The notes under the pieces are model-generated. The model was not told the origin of the DNA. It did not search any database and saw only the letters and a program-made list of their open reading frames with translations. A program made the translations under genes and the position numbers. This document shows, piece by piece, positions 44,438 through 55,200 of a stretch of 64,000 nucleotides of DNA (positions are counted from its first letter, which is position 1; every line of letters begins with the position of its first letter). Origin of the DNA: Candidatus Egerieisoma sp. (GTDB lineage: Bacteria; Bacteroidota; Bacteroidia; Bacteroidales; UBA932); the NCBI GenBank assembly GCA_045645465.1, contig JAZRIV010000007.1, positions 5,114 to 69,113 on the forward strand, read 5' to 3'.

Positions 44438-45814
44438 CTACTCCACCAACTCCGCCATAAGCGTCGCCGATGTACAAGCAGTAACCTTAACAGTCACATA
44501 ATCACCAATCTTGTGACCTTTACCGTCAAATACACAAACCTTGTTCTGCGGGGTGCGTCCAATCAACTGCTCTGCAGACCTCTTTGAAGTACCCTCAATA
44601 AGCACCTCATACTCCTGCCCTACACATTTCTGGTTGCTGGCCAAAGACATGCCGTTCTGCAACTCAATAATCTCATTCAACCTGCGGGTCTTCTCCTCAA
44701 GTGGGACATCATCTGTAAAATGTCTGTGAGCCTTTGTATTAGGTCTCATAGAGTACTGGAACATAAATGCAGAATCATACCCAACCTCCCTCATAATTGA
44801 AAGGGTTGCAGCGTGATCCTCCAATGTCTCCCCACAGAAACCGGCAATTATATCTGTAGAAATAGCGCAGTCTGGAATAATCTCCCTTATCTTGGAAATC
44901 CTGTACAAATACCCCTCTCGGGTGTATTTTCTGTTCATCTTATCCAACATTGCATCACTTCCGCTCTGAACAGGCAAATGAATATGATTGCAGATATTAG
45001 GATACATCGCCATTGTGTACAATACACCGTTCCCCATATCCTTAGGATGTGATGTGGAGAACCTTACCCTCAGCTGTGGGCTTATCAGGGCCACAAGCTC
45101 AAGCAGTTGCGCAAAATTTACTGTCTCTGTAGTATTGTCGGGATTAACCCACTTGTAAGAATCCACATTCTGGCCAAGAAGGGTTACCTCCTTGTAGCCT
45201 GCATCAAACACCTCCTGTGCCTCCCTTACAATGCTGTGAGGGTCTCTGCTCCTCTCTGCACCTCTAGTGTAAGGAACCACACAATAAGAACACATATTGT
45301 TGCATCCCCTCATAATTGAGATAAATGCAGAAACGCCGTTCTTATCCAAACGTACCGGTGTAATATCTGCATAAGTCTCCTCACGCAACAATTTTATATT
45401 TATCTGTTTGTCTCCTGTCTCATCCAATGCGGCCAACAGATTGGCAATATTCCTGTATGAATCCGGGCCGGCAACAAGATCAACAGCAGGGTGCTGCAAC
45501 AGCTCTTCCTTCAATCTTTCAGCCATACAGCCCAACACTCCAACAATCACATTCTTTCTCTTCTTTTTCTCCTGATAGAACACATCAAGCCTTCCCCAAA
45601 TTCTCTGCTCTGCATTATCCCTTATGGAGCAAGTGTTTACAAGAATCACATTTGCTGTACTCAAAGAATCGCACAAAGCATAACCGGCCTTCTGCAACAC
45701 AGAAAGCACCACCTCACTGTCATTCACATTCATCTGACACCCGTAGGTTTCAATAAAAACCTGTGGTAGAGAACCATCTTTAATTGGCTTTACAGAACAA
45801 TATTTGTTTGTCAT
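44438..45814 (-). CDS. miaB: tRNA-i6A37 methylthiotransferase MiaB
   Basis: The UPF0004 N-domain is VFIETYGCQMN and the radical-SAM motif is GCNNMCSYCVVPYTRG, with a C-terminal TRAM domain. ATG 45814 is chosen because the -7 box TATATTTG sits at 45840-45833. Confidence 0.9.
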   Translation of the reverse strand: MTNKYCSVKPIKDGSLPQVFIETYGCQMNVNDSEVVLSVLQKAGYALCDSLSTANVILVNTCSIRDNAEQRIWGRLDVFYQEKKKRKNVIVGVLGCMAERLKEELLQHPAVDLVAGPDSYRNIANLLAALDETGDKQINIKLLREETYADITPVRLDKNGVSAFISIMRGCNNMCSYCVVPYTRGAERSRDPHSIVREAQEVFDAGYKEVTLLGQNVDSYKWVNPDNTTETVNFAQLLELVALISPQLRVRFSTSHPKDMGNGVLYTMAMYPNICNHIHLPVQSGSDAMLDKMNRKYTREGYLYRISKIREIIPDCAISTDIIAGFCGETLEDHAATLSIMREVGYDSAFMFQYSMRPNTKAHRHFTDDVPLEEKTRRLNEIIELQNGMSLASNQKCVGQEYEVLIEGTSKRSAEQLIGRTPQNKVCVFDGKGHKIGDYVTVKVTACTSATLMAELVE

Positions 45815-45832
45815 CTCTAAAATATTATTCCG

Positions 45833-45840
45833 CAAATATA
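45833..45840 (-). promoter_or_regulatory. -7 promoter box (TATATTTG on the minus strand) for miaB
   Basis: Exact TAnnTTTG match 18 nt upstream of ATG 45814. Confidence 0.5.
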
Positions 45841-45859
45841 AGTTTTTTATAACTTTTTT

Positions 45860-45867
45860 TACCTTTG
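45860..45867 (+). promoter_or_regulatory. -7 promoter box (TACCTTTG) 4 nt before ATG 45872
   Basis: Exact TAnnTTTG match, divergent from the miaB promoter. Confidence 0.5.
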
Positions 45868-45871
45868 CTGA

Positions 45872-46345
45872 ATGAAGAAATTTATACTCATACTGGTAGC
45901 TGTAGCGTCAATACTTGGAGGCTGCGCCAATTACAGACAAATACAGATCAATGATGCAGAATTAGGGAAACTCAGGATTGTTGCCTTGAATGCTGCAGAA
46001 GCAGATATCAAATTACAAATAAACAACCCTACCAAGGCTACATTTGAGATAGCCGGCGTTGACCTTGTGATTTCAAACGGCAAATCAGAGTTTATGAAAA
46101 TCACCCAAGTAAAGAGAGAAGCCGTACTTGTTACCCCGGGCACACCAACCCAGGTAAAAATTACATTAAGGGGAGAACTTACAGACCCCCTTGCAGCATT
46201 GGCTCAGGGATTCAATCCGCAGTCGTGGGACCTTAACAAACTTACTGCCAGCGGTTCTATGACCTTCAGAAAAGGAAAAATGTACAAAACGATAAAAGTT
46301 GAAGAGGTATCATTGGCAATCCTTGCCGGATATTTCCAGAAATAA
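45872..46345 (+). CDS. Small lipoprotein (tentatively LEA type-2 / NDR1-HIN1-like fold)
   Basis: Lipobox ILGGC in a 157-aa beta-rich sequence. The family assignment is tentative. Confidence 0.5.
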   Translation: MKKFILILVAVASILGGCANYRQIQINDAELGKLRIVALNAAEADIKLQINNPTKATFEIAGVDLVISNGKSEFMKITQVKREAVLVTPGTPTQVKITLRGELTDPLAALAQGFNPQSWDLNKLTASGSMTFRKGKMYKTIKVEEVSLAILAGYFQK

Positions 46346-46347
46346 TT

Positions 46348-46851
46348 ATGAGAAGAATATTATTCATATTGCTTTTATGTGCAACATCAGTTGTTCAAGG
46401 ACAGAATATTCTGCAACATAATGTTGCAGCAGACACTGTAAATTTAAAGATGGCCCCCCTTGCAGACTCAACCCTTGTAGGTACAACCATTTTCCAACTG
46501 CTGCAACAACAGGCAAGTGGCTCTGTGGAGCTGAACCAGCCACAGGAGATGGAACAGGCATACCAGCTTTACATAAAAGCAAACGGCGAAAAGAAACGTA
46601 ACGGCTACAGAATCAGACTATTCTTCAGCAACAAACAGAGCGCCCGCATTGAGTCTGAAGAGTTGGAGAAAGAATTCCAGCAGCAATTCCCTCATATTCC
46701 AACATACCGCAGCTACACAAACCCTTTCTTTAAAGTTGTAGTTGGAGACTACCGCACCAAATCCGATGCAATAAGGGCCCTAAATAAAATACTCCCTTTC
46801 TACCCACAGGCAATTGTGGTGAAAGAGAGCATTTACTACCCGGCAATATAA
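46348..46851 (+). CDS. SPOR domain-containing protein
   Basis: Signal peptide and a C-terminal SPOR-like segment GYRIRLFFSNKQSARIESEELEKEF...FFKVVVGDYRTKSDAIRALNKI. Confidence 0.75.
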   Translation: MRRILFILLLCATSVVQGQNILQHNVAADTVNLKMAPLADSTLVGTTIFQLLQQQASGSVELNQPQEMEQAYQLYIKANGEKKRNGYRIRLFFSNKQSARIESEELEKEFQQQFPHIPTYRSYTNPFFKVVVGDYRTKSDAIRALNKILPFYPQAIVVKESIYYPAI

Positions 46852-46855
46852 AGGA

Positions 46856-47359
46856 TTACTTGATCTCCATAGCCATAATATAGTCAGTCATATAATACCC
46901 GTGGCCTATATCAAAATCGCCACGTGAGGCTTTGTGCATCCCCATCCGCTCATAAAAGGCCACCGCCTTTACATTATCTCTGTTCACATTCAGTTCCATA
47001 GTACAAGGAAGCAACCCATTCTCCCTGATATACTCCACAGCCTTGCAGAACATCTTCTTCCCGACAGATTTTCCCTGTAACCCTTCCCTCAAATAAATCT
47101 TCTGCAAATGCCACAACCTCTCACCCTGTTGCTGCACAGAAAGGTACCCTACCGGAACATCATTATCATACACAATATGATATATATGCCCCTCCTCTTC
47201 TATCTGCTTGCACAGGCTCTTCTGGGAATACATCCAGTCCATCATATAATCTATCTGCCCAGGAGAGAGCATCACCTTATAGGTAGACCTGAATATCTCC
47301 TGAGCCAACTCCTCAATAAGAGGAGTATCCTCCAATGTCGCTTTTTTGAAAGTTAACAT
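46856..47359 (-). CDS. GNAT family N-acetyltransferase
   Basis: 167 aa with the acetyl-CoA binding motif region LQGKSVGKKMF and AVAFYERMGM. Confidence 0.85.
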   Translation of the reverse strand: MLTFKKATLEDTPLIEELAQEIFRSTYKVMLSPGQIDYMMDWMYSQKSLCKQIEEEGHIYHIVYDNDVPVGYLSVQQQGERLWHLQKIYLREGLQGKSVGKKMFCKAVEYIRENGLLPCTMELNVNRDNVKAVAFYERMGMHKASRGDFDIGHGYYMTDYIMAMEIK

Positions 47360-48744
47360 TGCATCTCTTTCTCAACCTCCTCCGGTGTAATAGGAAGTCT
47401 CTTGCTACCCAACATTCTGCAACCGGTTTCAGTAATTACAATATCATCCTCAAGTCTTATACCACCAAAAGTCCTGTATGCTTTAAGAGCCTCAAAATTG
47501 ATGAAGTCTTTATTGGTTCCCTCTGCCTCCCACTGGTCTATAAGGGCTGGGATAAAGTAACAGCCTGGCTCTACGGTAAGTACGTGACCTGTCTTAAGCA
47601 TCTTGCCCATTCTCAAACTTGCAAGACCAAACTGGGTAGAAGGACGGCACTCGTCGTCGTAGCCTACATAAATCTGGCCCAAATCCTCCATATCGTGAAC
47701 ATCCAAACCCATATTATGACCCAAACCGTGAGGCATAAACAATGCGTGTGCTCCAGCTGCAACAGCCTCATCTACGTTACCTTTCATAAGGCCCAAATCT
47801 GCAAGTCCTTGAGCCAGTACCTTACAGGCTGCAAGATGGACCTCTTTATAGGTAATGCCAGGTTTTGCAATATCCTGTGCAAGATTGTTTGCTGCTGCCA
47901 CAATATTGTAAATCTCTTTCTGCTGCTGTGTAAACTTGCCGCTGCTTGGGATTGTACGGGTAAAGTCAGAACAGTAGTTCATATTGTTCTCTGCACCTGC
48001 ATCAATTACAATAAGTCTTCCATCGGTAAGAATCTGATGATGGGAGTGGTTATGAAGAGTCTCTCCATTCTGTGAAAGAATTGTCGGGAAGGAAGTCATT
48101 GCTCCGTATGAATGTGCAATACCCTCCATAACACCTGCTATCTCCTGCTCCACCATACCCAACTTGGCCATCTTCATTGCAGTAAAATGCATCTGGTAAC
48201 CAATATCACACGCCTTGTGAATCTCATCCAACTCACACTGCTCCTTAATGATTCTCAAATCTACAACTGCCTTAATAAGCTCCAATGAAGCCTCTGCTTT
48301 AAGATTTGCAATAGGGATATTCAAAAGGGCATTCAAAAGAATTTTGTTGTGATTACGGTAAGGTGGCAAAAAATGCACCTTTCTACCCTCTTTCTGAGCC
48401 TGCTCCAAATATTTGCCAAGTGCACCAAAAGGCTCTGTGTGAGAAATACCCACTTTCTCACCTTTCTCTGCTATGGTTGGCTGAGGACCCATCCAAATGA
48501 TATCATCCATATCCACATTATTTCCAAACAGAATCTCCTCCCCACTCTGAGGATCCAAAATTGCAGCCAAATCAGGCTCATTATGGCCAAAGAAATAAAG
48601 GAAAGTACTGTCTTGTCTGAACTTGTAGGTATTTGCAGGATAATTGCTTGAAGCCTCACTGTTACCCAACAAAAGGATAATTCCATTATCTATTTTCTCC
48701 ATCAGACGCTTGCGTCTATTTATATAAGTCTCTTTTGCAAACAT
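47353..48744 (-). CDS. Aminopeptidase P family (M24B, Xaa-Pro aminopeptidase)
   Basis: N-terminal AMP_N-like domain, with M24 metal-ligand motifs DAGAENNMNYCSDFTRT, HGLGHNMGLDVHD, LTVEPG and IRLEDD. Confidence 0.9.
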   Translation of the reverse strand: MFAKETYINRRKRLMEKIDNGIILLLGNSEASSNYPANTYKFRQDSTFLYFFGHNEPDLAAILDPQSGEEILFGNNVDMDDIIWMGPQPTIAEKGEKVGISHTEPFGALGKYLEQAQKEGRKVHFLPPYRNHNKILLNALLNIPIANLKAEASLELIKAVVDLRIIKEQCELDEIHKACDIGYQMHFTAMKMAKLGMVEQEIAGVMEGIAHSYGAMTSFPTILSQNGETLHNHSHHQILTDGRLIVIDAGAENNMNYCSDFTRTIPSSGKFTQQQKEIYNIVAAANNLAQDIAKPGITYKEVHLAACKVLAQGLADLGLMKGNVDEAVAAGAHALFMPHGLGHNMGLDVHDMEDLGQIYVGYDDECRPSTQFGLASLRMGKMLKTGHVLTVEPGCYFIPALIDQWEAEGTNKDFINFEALKAYRTFGGIRLEDDIVITETGCRMLGSKRLPITPEEVEKEMQC

Positions 48745-48802
48745 AGTATTTGAAATTTTTGTGTCTGTACCAAAGATAAATATTATTTCTCCATTTGAAG
48801 AT

Positions 48803-50218
48803 TTATTTTAAATCTATTTCTTCTGTATATTTCTTTCCTGCTGCATCAGTTACAACAATTTTCACTACTCCGGCATTTGCTGATGGTGTTGCAGAAAAAT
48901 AGAAATAGCTGTCGGGAATAGCTGATACCGCACCTTTACATCCATTGAGCGCATATCCCATTTGCAAAGCTGTGTGATAATCCGGATCTTTTCCGCTATA
49001 TTGCTTCATATCCCCTCTATATTCATTATCCTCATACCATTCCACCTTCCACCGGTTGTCCCAATTCCAAACTTTAACACATATATCATTAAGGTGTCCT
49101 TTTACTGTACCAATCGGATAAACTTTCATCTGATAATCTTCAGGCTTGCCTGTAGACTTCCAGAAATTTGTTATCCCCTTATGATTTGAATCAAACACCT
49201 GGTATCCGCACGGAGTTCCATCCCTGCTGTACATAACATCCCATATCCACCATGCACCCCCTACAGAAGCAATATTGAACTCCCTCATATTCTCATTTAT
49301 CTCATAGTTGTATTGTATATGGGTATGACCGCTTATAACGGTTACTTTATAATCTTTGAACAAACCAACAAACTCATCAGCCATAACCATCTTATAGTCT
49401 TTCCATCTGTAAAAGAACACAGGAGCATGCATCGCCACAAAAATATGCGAACCTTTTGGAACATATTTCAGATAATCCTTAACCCAGTTTATCTGTCTGC
49501 TATCCAACCCTTCCTTATAATTTTCAATACCATTATACAAAATGTTGTCCAGTACTATATAATAATCCCTACCCGCGTTAAATGCATAATACGCAGGACC
49601 AAAATGTTTGCTGTATTCACGTGAACTTGCCAAATCCTCTGTCACATTCATATCATGATCATGATTTCCAATAACTGGCCATACAGGCATCTGGATATTA
49701 TGCATCATCTCCTGAATGTGTGGATACAGATTCAGGTTATCATATAGGATATCGCCCAAAAAAATACTGAATACCGGCAAATTATTTTCTCGGCACTTCT
49801 TGCCCATCTCCCTAAGATCTGCAAAAGCCTCATGTTCCAATCTGTAAAAAGCATTGTCACCTTTTGGCTGGGGGTCTCCAACTGCCAATAACCTGTAAGT
49901 TCCACCCGGAACACCAAACTCATATAGCTCAAAGTCAAAATCAGAGCCATTCAAATCTCTATAAAATAATGGAGTACCACCCTTGCATGCAGGTATATAT
50001 CCCGACGGAGTTACAATATATATATGTTCAGCATCTTTGGAAACTTTTAAAGAATAAACTCCTTTGGAATCTGTTACTGTAAAGTATTTTCCATCTGTTA
50101 CAACAACACCAGACAAACCTTTACCAGCGTTAAAAACTTTACCGCTTATTGTTTTTGCATAACTGTTGCCCAAAAAGCAAAGAGTCAGGAATAATGTGAG
50201 AAGTATTTTCATAATCAA
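48803..50218 (-). CDS. Secreted calcineurin-like metallophosphoesterase with an N-terminal carboxypeptidase-regulatory-like domain
   Basis: Signal peptide with motifs VGDPQ, LGDILYDN, GNHDHD and SGHTH. It lies downstream of a SusC/SusD pair. Confidence 0.85.
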   Translation of the reverse strand: MIMKILLTLFLTLCFLGNSYAKTISGKVFNAGKGLSGVVVTDGKYFTVTDSKGVYSLKVSKDAEHIYIVTPSGYIPACKGGTPLFYRDLNGSDFDFELYEFGVPGGTYRLLAVGDPQPKGDNAFYRLEHEAFADLREMGKKCRENNLPVFSIFLGDILYDNLNLYPHIQEMMHNIQMPVWPVIGNHDHDMNVTEDLASSREYSKHFGPAYYAFNAGRDYYIVLDNILYNGIENYKEGLDSRQINWVKDYLKYVPKGSHIFVAMHAPVFFYRWKDYKMVMADEFVGLFKDYKVTVISGHTHIQYNYEINENMREFNIASVGGAWWIWDVMYSRDGTPCGYQVFDSNHKGITNFWKSTGKPEDYQMKVYPIGTVKGHLNDICVKVWNWDNRWKVEWYEDNEYRGDMKQYSGKDPDYHTALQMGYALNGCKGAVSAIPDSYFYFSATPSANAGVVKIVVTDAAGKKYTEEIDLK

Positions 50219-50292
50219 TCATTTGTTAAAAAAAGAGGAGACCGTAAATACGGTCTCCTCAAAATTAGCAAATATTTGTTAATTTATAACAA

Positions 50293-52218
50293 TTATTCCC
50301 AACCTGGGTTCTGCTCAATAGTGTAACCTCTTGTAATGTACTGAGAAATAACATCTGTACAAACTGGCTCAAGATAGTTTCTCTCCTCAACATTGTATCT
50401 GTTGGCAACGTTTGTAGGAATTACAAAACCAACCATGTCAGCTTTATTCTCACCATCATATACAACTACTGAACCGTCAAGTTTCTGAACTTTAAGTTTA
50501 CCAATCTGGTTATCTTTCAACAAGTCAAATACTTTCTGGTTTCTTGCAGGATCTGAAGTCTCATTGTAATCAATCCAAGCACCAACAAGGATGTCTGGGT
50601 TGATGTCACCATCCATTAGCTCAAGTTTACCCCAACGGCGGATATCCATCATACGAGTCTGCTCCATGTAGAACTCCATACGGCGCTCTCTACGGATCTC
50701 CCATAGAAGTGCAGAACCTGTAATACCACCTTTAGTCTTAGCCTCAACCTCTGAAGTACGAGCAGGATCATCAACTAGCTCAGCAAGGATAAGCGGAGCA
50801 GTTTTCTGTACACCTACAGCAATTGCCTCATCATCAAGTGGACGGTTACGGATAGCATTGATTGATCTGTCAATATCATCCTGAGTAACTTTAGCACCAC
50901 CAAAGTGGATAGCAAGCTCCTCTTTAGCCTCAATCCAGTTAAGGACAACCTCAGCCAAACGGATAATAGGAGCACCGTTGGTATTGGTGTTAGAAGCATA
51001 TTTTGCAGGTCTTACTTTACCCTGTTTAACGCTCTCATCAAGAGAGTAAGTAGGACCCTCACGGTCGATGAATTTAGTACAGTAGATACCAGTTGGAGTG
51101 TTTGCTGGCTCTCTCCAGAAAGTAGCCTCAAAACGAGGGTCACGGGTAACAGCCATATCCTGAATTCTCCAGCTGTCAGCATTAGCTACAGCAGACTCAG
51201 TATAAGGTTTACCATCGTTACAAATCCAAGATTTAAGGTTAGATAGGTTAGCTGTATAACCCTGGCTCTCAGTAAGGTTAGAGTATGAAGCAATACAGTG
51301 GGTAGATTTACCCTCCAAAGATGCTCTAAACATAATGGTCTCAGTACCTTTCTGTGCAGTTGAACCAAACAATGAACGGAAATCTGTATCAAATGCAAAT
51401 TTGCCTGAGTTCATTACAACCTCTGCATATCTAACAGATGCCTCCAAGAATTTCTTAGCATCAGCAGAATAGTCGTACCAGTTTTTATGGTAGTTATACC
51501 AAGTAGCCTCAAACAACATGAATCTCGAAGCGAATGCTGCAACAACATATTTGTTAATGTAGTTTGCGCCATCATTCTCTCTTACGTTTGCAACAGCATA
51601 GTCCAAATCCTCCATAGCTTTGGTCATAACCATATTACGAGGGTCTCTTGCTTTGTACTGGTTATCGAAATCCTCAGCATCTACAACATAGTCATAGTAA
51701 GGAACATCACCAAATGACATTACAAAACGGAAATACTCGTATGCTCTAAGGAAACGTGCAACACCTGTCCAGTGGCCATAAGCCTCATCGTTAAGTACGC
51801 CGTTCTCTTTCATCATATCAAGTCTGTCAATCATAAGGTTCCATTTACGGATCCATCCAAAGTTCCAAGGACCTGCACCAGTATACTGAATCCAGTATGG
51901 AGCAGAACTCTCAGCTCTGTACCAGTTATCAGCAGGAACAGCTTGTCTTAGGTTAGCCTGCATAGCAGTTTTAGTGTTGTCATCACTCCACTCACCAGGA
52001 TATACACCTGGAACATAAGGAGTGGTCCATCCTGATGCATAACCAACAAAATAAGTAGGATATGCATAGTTTACAAAATAACGTAGGTTATTCTCTGATG
52101 TCCAGAAGTTTCCATCGTCCATTGTGGTCTTAGACTCACGATTTAGGAAACTTTCACAACTTGTCAAGGCAAGTAGTGTTATTGAGAACAATAAATATGT
52201 TAATTTTTTCATTTTCAT
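50293..52218 (-). CDS. SusD/RagB family nutrient-binding outer membrane lipoprotein (pair 1)
   Basis: Lipobox LALTSC, a TPR-like SusD fold sequence and the C-terminal ...EQNPGWE typical of the family. It starts 8 nt after its susC. Confidence 0.9.
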   Translation of the reverse strand: MKMKKLTYLLFSITLLALTSCESFLNRESKTTMDDGNFWTSENNLRYFVNYAYPTYFVGYASGWTTPYVPGVYPGEWSDDNTKTAMQANLRQAVPADNWYRAESSAPYWIQYTGAGPWNFGWIRKWNLMIDRLDMMKENGVLNDEAYGHWTGVARFLRAYEYFRFVMSFGDVPYYDYVVDAEDFDNQYKARDPRNMVMTKAMEDLDYAVANVRENDGANYINKYVVAAFASRFMLFEATWYNYHKNWYDYSADAKKFLEASVRYAEVVMNSGKFAFDTDFRSLFGSTAQKGTETIMFRASLEGKSTHCIASYSNLTESQGYTANLSNLKSWICNDGKPYTESAVANADSWRIQDMAVTRDPRFEATFWREPANTPTGIYCTKFIDREGPTYSLDESVKQGKVRPAKYASNTNTNGAPIIRLAEVVLNWIEAKEELAIHFGGAKVTQDDIDRSINAIRNRPLDDEAIAVGVQKTAPLILAELVDDPARTSEVEAKTKGGITGSALLWEIRRERRMEFYMEQTRMMDIRRWGKLELMDGDINPDILVGAWIDYNETSDPARNQKVFDLLKDNQIGKLKVQKLDGSVVVYDGENKADMVGFVIPTNVANRYNVEERNYLEPVCTDVISQYITRGYTIEQNPGWE

Positions 52219-52226
52219 TTATCTTA

Positions 52227-55200
52227 TTAGAAAGTTAACTGAACACCAAATGAAGCACTCTTGAAGGTTGGAGTACCAACACCAGCTCTACCACTGTTGT
52301 AGTTGCTCTCGTTGAATGATGAGTAACCTGGAGTCTCCTCAACGTCAATTGGAAGTCCGTTCAAGTTATCAAATGTCAAGAAATTCTCCAATGATGCATA
52401 TACGCGTAGTTTGCTGATATGAGCTTTCTTAAGAATCTTCTCAGGGATTGAGTAACCCAAAGTTACGTTCTTAAGTCTCAAGTAAGACATATCCAAAAGA
52501 TATTTGTCTGATACCTGCATATTGAAACCAGTTGATGATGTACCAAGGTTATAAGCTCTTGGATAGAAAGCATCATAATTAGCATCAACAACTTTACCGT
52601 CTACGATAGTCTCATACCAGAAGTCCTCTGCAAATGCCTGAGCCATACAACCACCACCTGTATCAAATCCTGGGATTGACAAGTGTGAAGAACCCCACAT
52701 CTGTTTTGAACCGATACCCTGGAAGAATGCAGAGAAATCGAATCCTTTGTATGCCAAGTCAACACGGAAGTTATACTCATAACGAGGAGTAGTGTTACCA
52801 ATAACTGTAAGGTCACCGTGGTTCTCTACTGTACCAATACCATACTCTTTGTTTGAAGGATCACCGTTGTTGATTACGCCGTCACCGTTAAGGTCTTTGA
52901 ATTTAACGTCACCAGGGCCAAAGATATACTGACCAGAGTTGTATTTACCCTGAGTTGGCATATTAGGGTCTGAGAACTGGTAAACATTGTAACCATCATC
53001 AGATTTTACAGTAACCAAGTTACCGTTTGCATCGTATACGAAGTCATCTTTTGTAAATAGTCTGTCAACTTTGAAACCCCAGATCTCACCGTAAGTTTTA
53101 CCGTTGTACCAGTTACCTACTGTACGGCCTGTACCATACTCGTCAATTGTTGTTACAGCATCTGCAACACCAGCAGTTACGTTAATGCTGAAACCACTCT
53201 CAAATACGTGGCCATAATCCAAAGCCAACTCCCAACCTTTAGTTGTTAGGAAACCGAAGTTACCCTTAGGAGCTGAAGAACCGAAACCATAACCAACACC
53301 CTCCATAGGAACGATCATGTTGTTGGTTTTTCTCTGATACCAGTCAAATGTTACACCCAATTTGTTGAACAATTTAGCGTCCAAACCAAAACCAAGGGTA
53401 GTAATATCCTGCCAAGTGATAGTTGAAGCTACTGCTGAAGGAGTTGCAAAGTAAGGGTCATTTACTTTACCATCGTGAACCCAAGAAGTAGAACCCAAGC
53501 CCATAGTAGGAATATACAATGAACCTGCTACTGACTGGTCACCGATAGTACCCCATGAACCTCTAACTTTCAAAGAAGAAAGAACAGATTTTGCACCCTC
53601 CATCCAAGGCTCCTCAGTTACACGCCAAGCAGCAGAGAATGATGGGAACCATCTCCATTTAAGCTCACCAGGGAATTTTGAAGTACCATCGTAACGAAGG
53701 TTAGCCTCAACAAGATATTTCTCTTTGTAGTTGTAGTTGATACGGCCAAATACACCAAACTGTGAGTTCCAAGAGTGGCTACCGCCAGTTGTCTGGTCAC
53801 CAGTTGCAAGATCGAACTGAGGGTTGTCATAAACCAACAAGTTTTTCTTGTTACCCCATACACTCTCGTACTCGTAGCTAACTGCCTGAAGACCTAGCAT
53901 AAAGTTGAAGTTGTGGTTCTCCTTAATCTGAAGGTCATAAGTAGTTTTAGCGTTGAAAGTCTGACGCTCAGAAACACCAGCATCTTTGTAAATTCTGTTG
54001 AAAGAAGATGCAGAAGATGTATTTACATACTCATAAGGAGCAAAGTACTGTGCAGTTAGAGTGCTTCCCATTTTGTTGAACTCGTTCCACTCATTATTTA
54101 CAGTGTGACCATCTGGATATGCTGTTGAAGAATACCATAGGTGACCACCAGTAAAGCTTGAACCAGGATAAGTGTTTCTTACCTCGTTAGTAGCATAAGT
54201 GTAGTCGAAATCAATATTCCAGTCTTTTAGAGGAGTAATTGTTGTACCTGCATTTACACTGGTATATCTGTTGATTGTAGAAGCTTTGTTAGCAATTGAA
54301 GTCTCATAAGTTGCACTGTTCAAGTTGTTGCCATACTCATCTGTAGGAACAAGAGGATAGTTGGCACCCCAACGGAACAAGTAGTACCATACGTCTGAAG
54401 TAGTTGAAGTACTTGAGTATGCCCAGTTCTTCTCAGTTTTAGAGAACATCAAACCTGCACGTACGCTAATCCAGTCATTAACTTTAGTATTAACGCGAAC
54501 GTTAGCATTGTAACGGCTGTATTTGTCAAAATCGGTAGTTTTCATCATACCGCTCTGATCCAAGAAACCCAAGCTGATGTTGTAGTTGGTGTTACCAGAT
54601 TTACCTGCAACAGACAAGTTGTGAGTCTGAGAAGGAGCATTCTTTCTTACCAAATACTCATATGGATCATAAGTACGGATACCTACTTTATATTTGCCAT
54701 CCAAAAGATACCAGTCACGACCGTAAGTTAGAGGAGACATAGGATCAAGGTCAGCATATTTCTCTTTCCAAGCTTTAGCAGCATTGTAACCAGCACGGTC
54801 AATCAACCAGAAAGCACCTGAAGGAGTGTAAGTACCACCACGCTCAGCAGCCTCAACTACATAGTGCAAACCATCAACACCTGCAATCTCGAAATCTTTA
54901 GCCTGGTTCTGGAAAGCAACGTTACCAGAGTAAGATACACTTACAGACTCAGTTTTAGCACCTTTCTTAGATGTGATCAAGATAACACCAAACGCAGCTT
55001 TAGCACCGTAGATAGCTGAAGAAGCAGCATCTTTCAATACTGAGATTGACTCGATGTCATCTGGGTTAACCATCTGGATTGAAGGAATCTCAACGTTATC
55101 CAAAAGGATAAGTGGTGCAGAAGAACCCTGAGCTGAACCAACCTGACCACGGATTCTGATAGTAGACTCTGAACCTACCTCACCAGAACCTGAGTTAACG

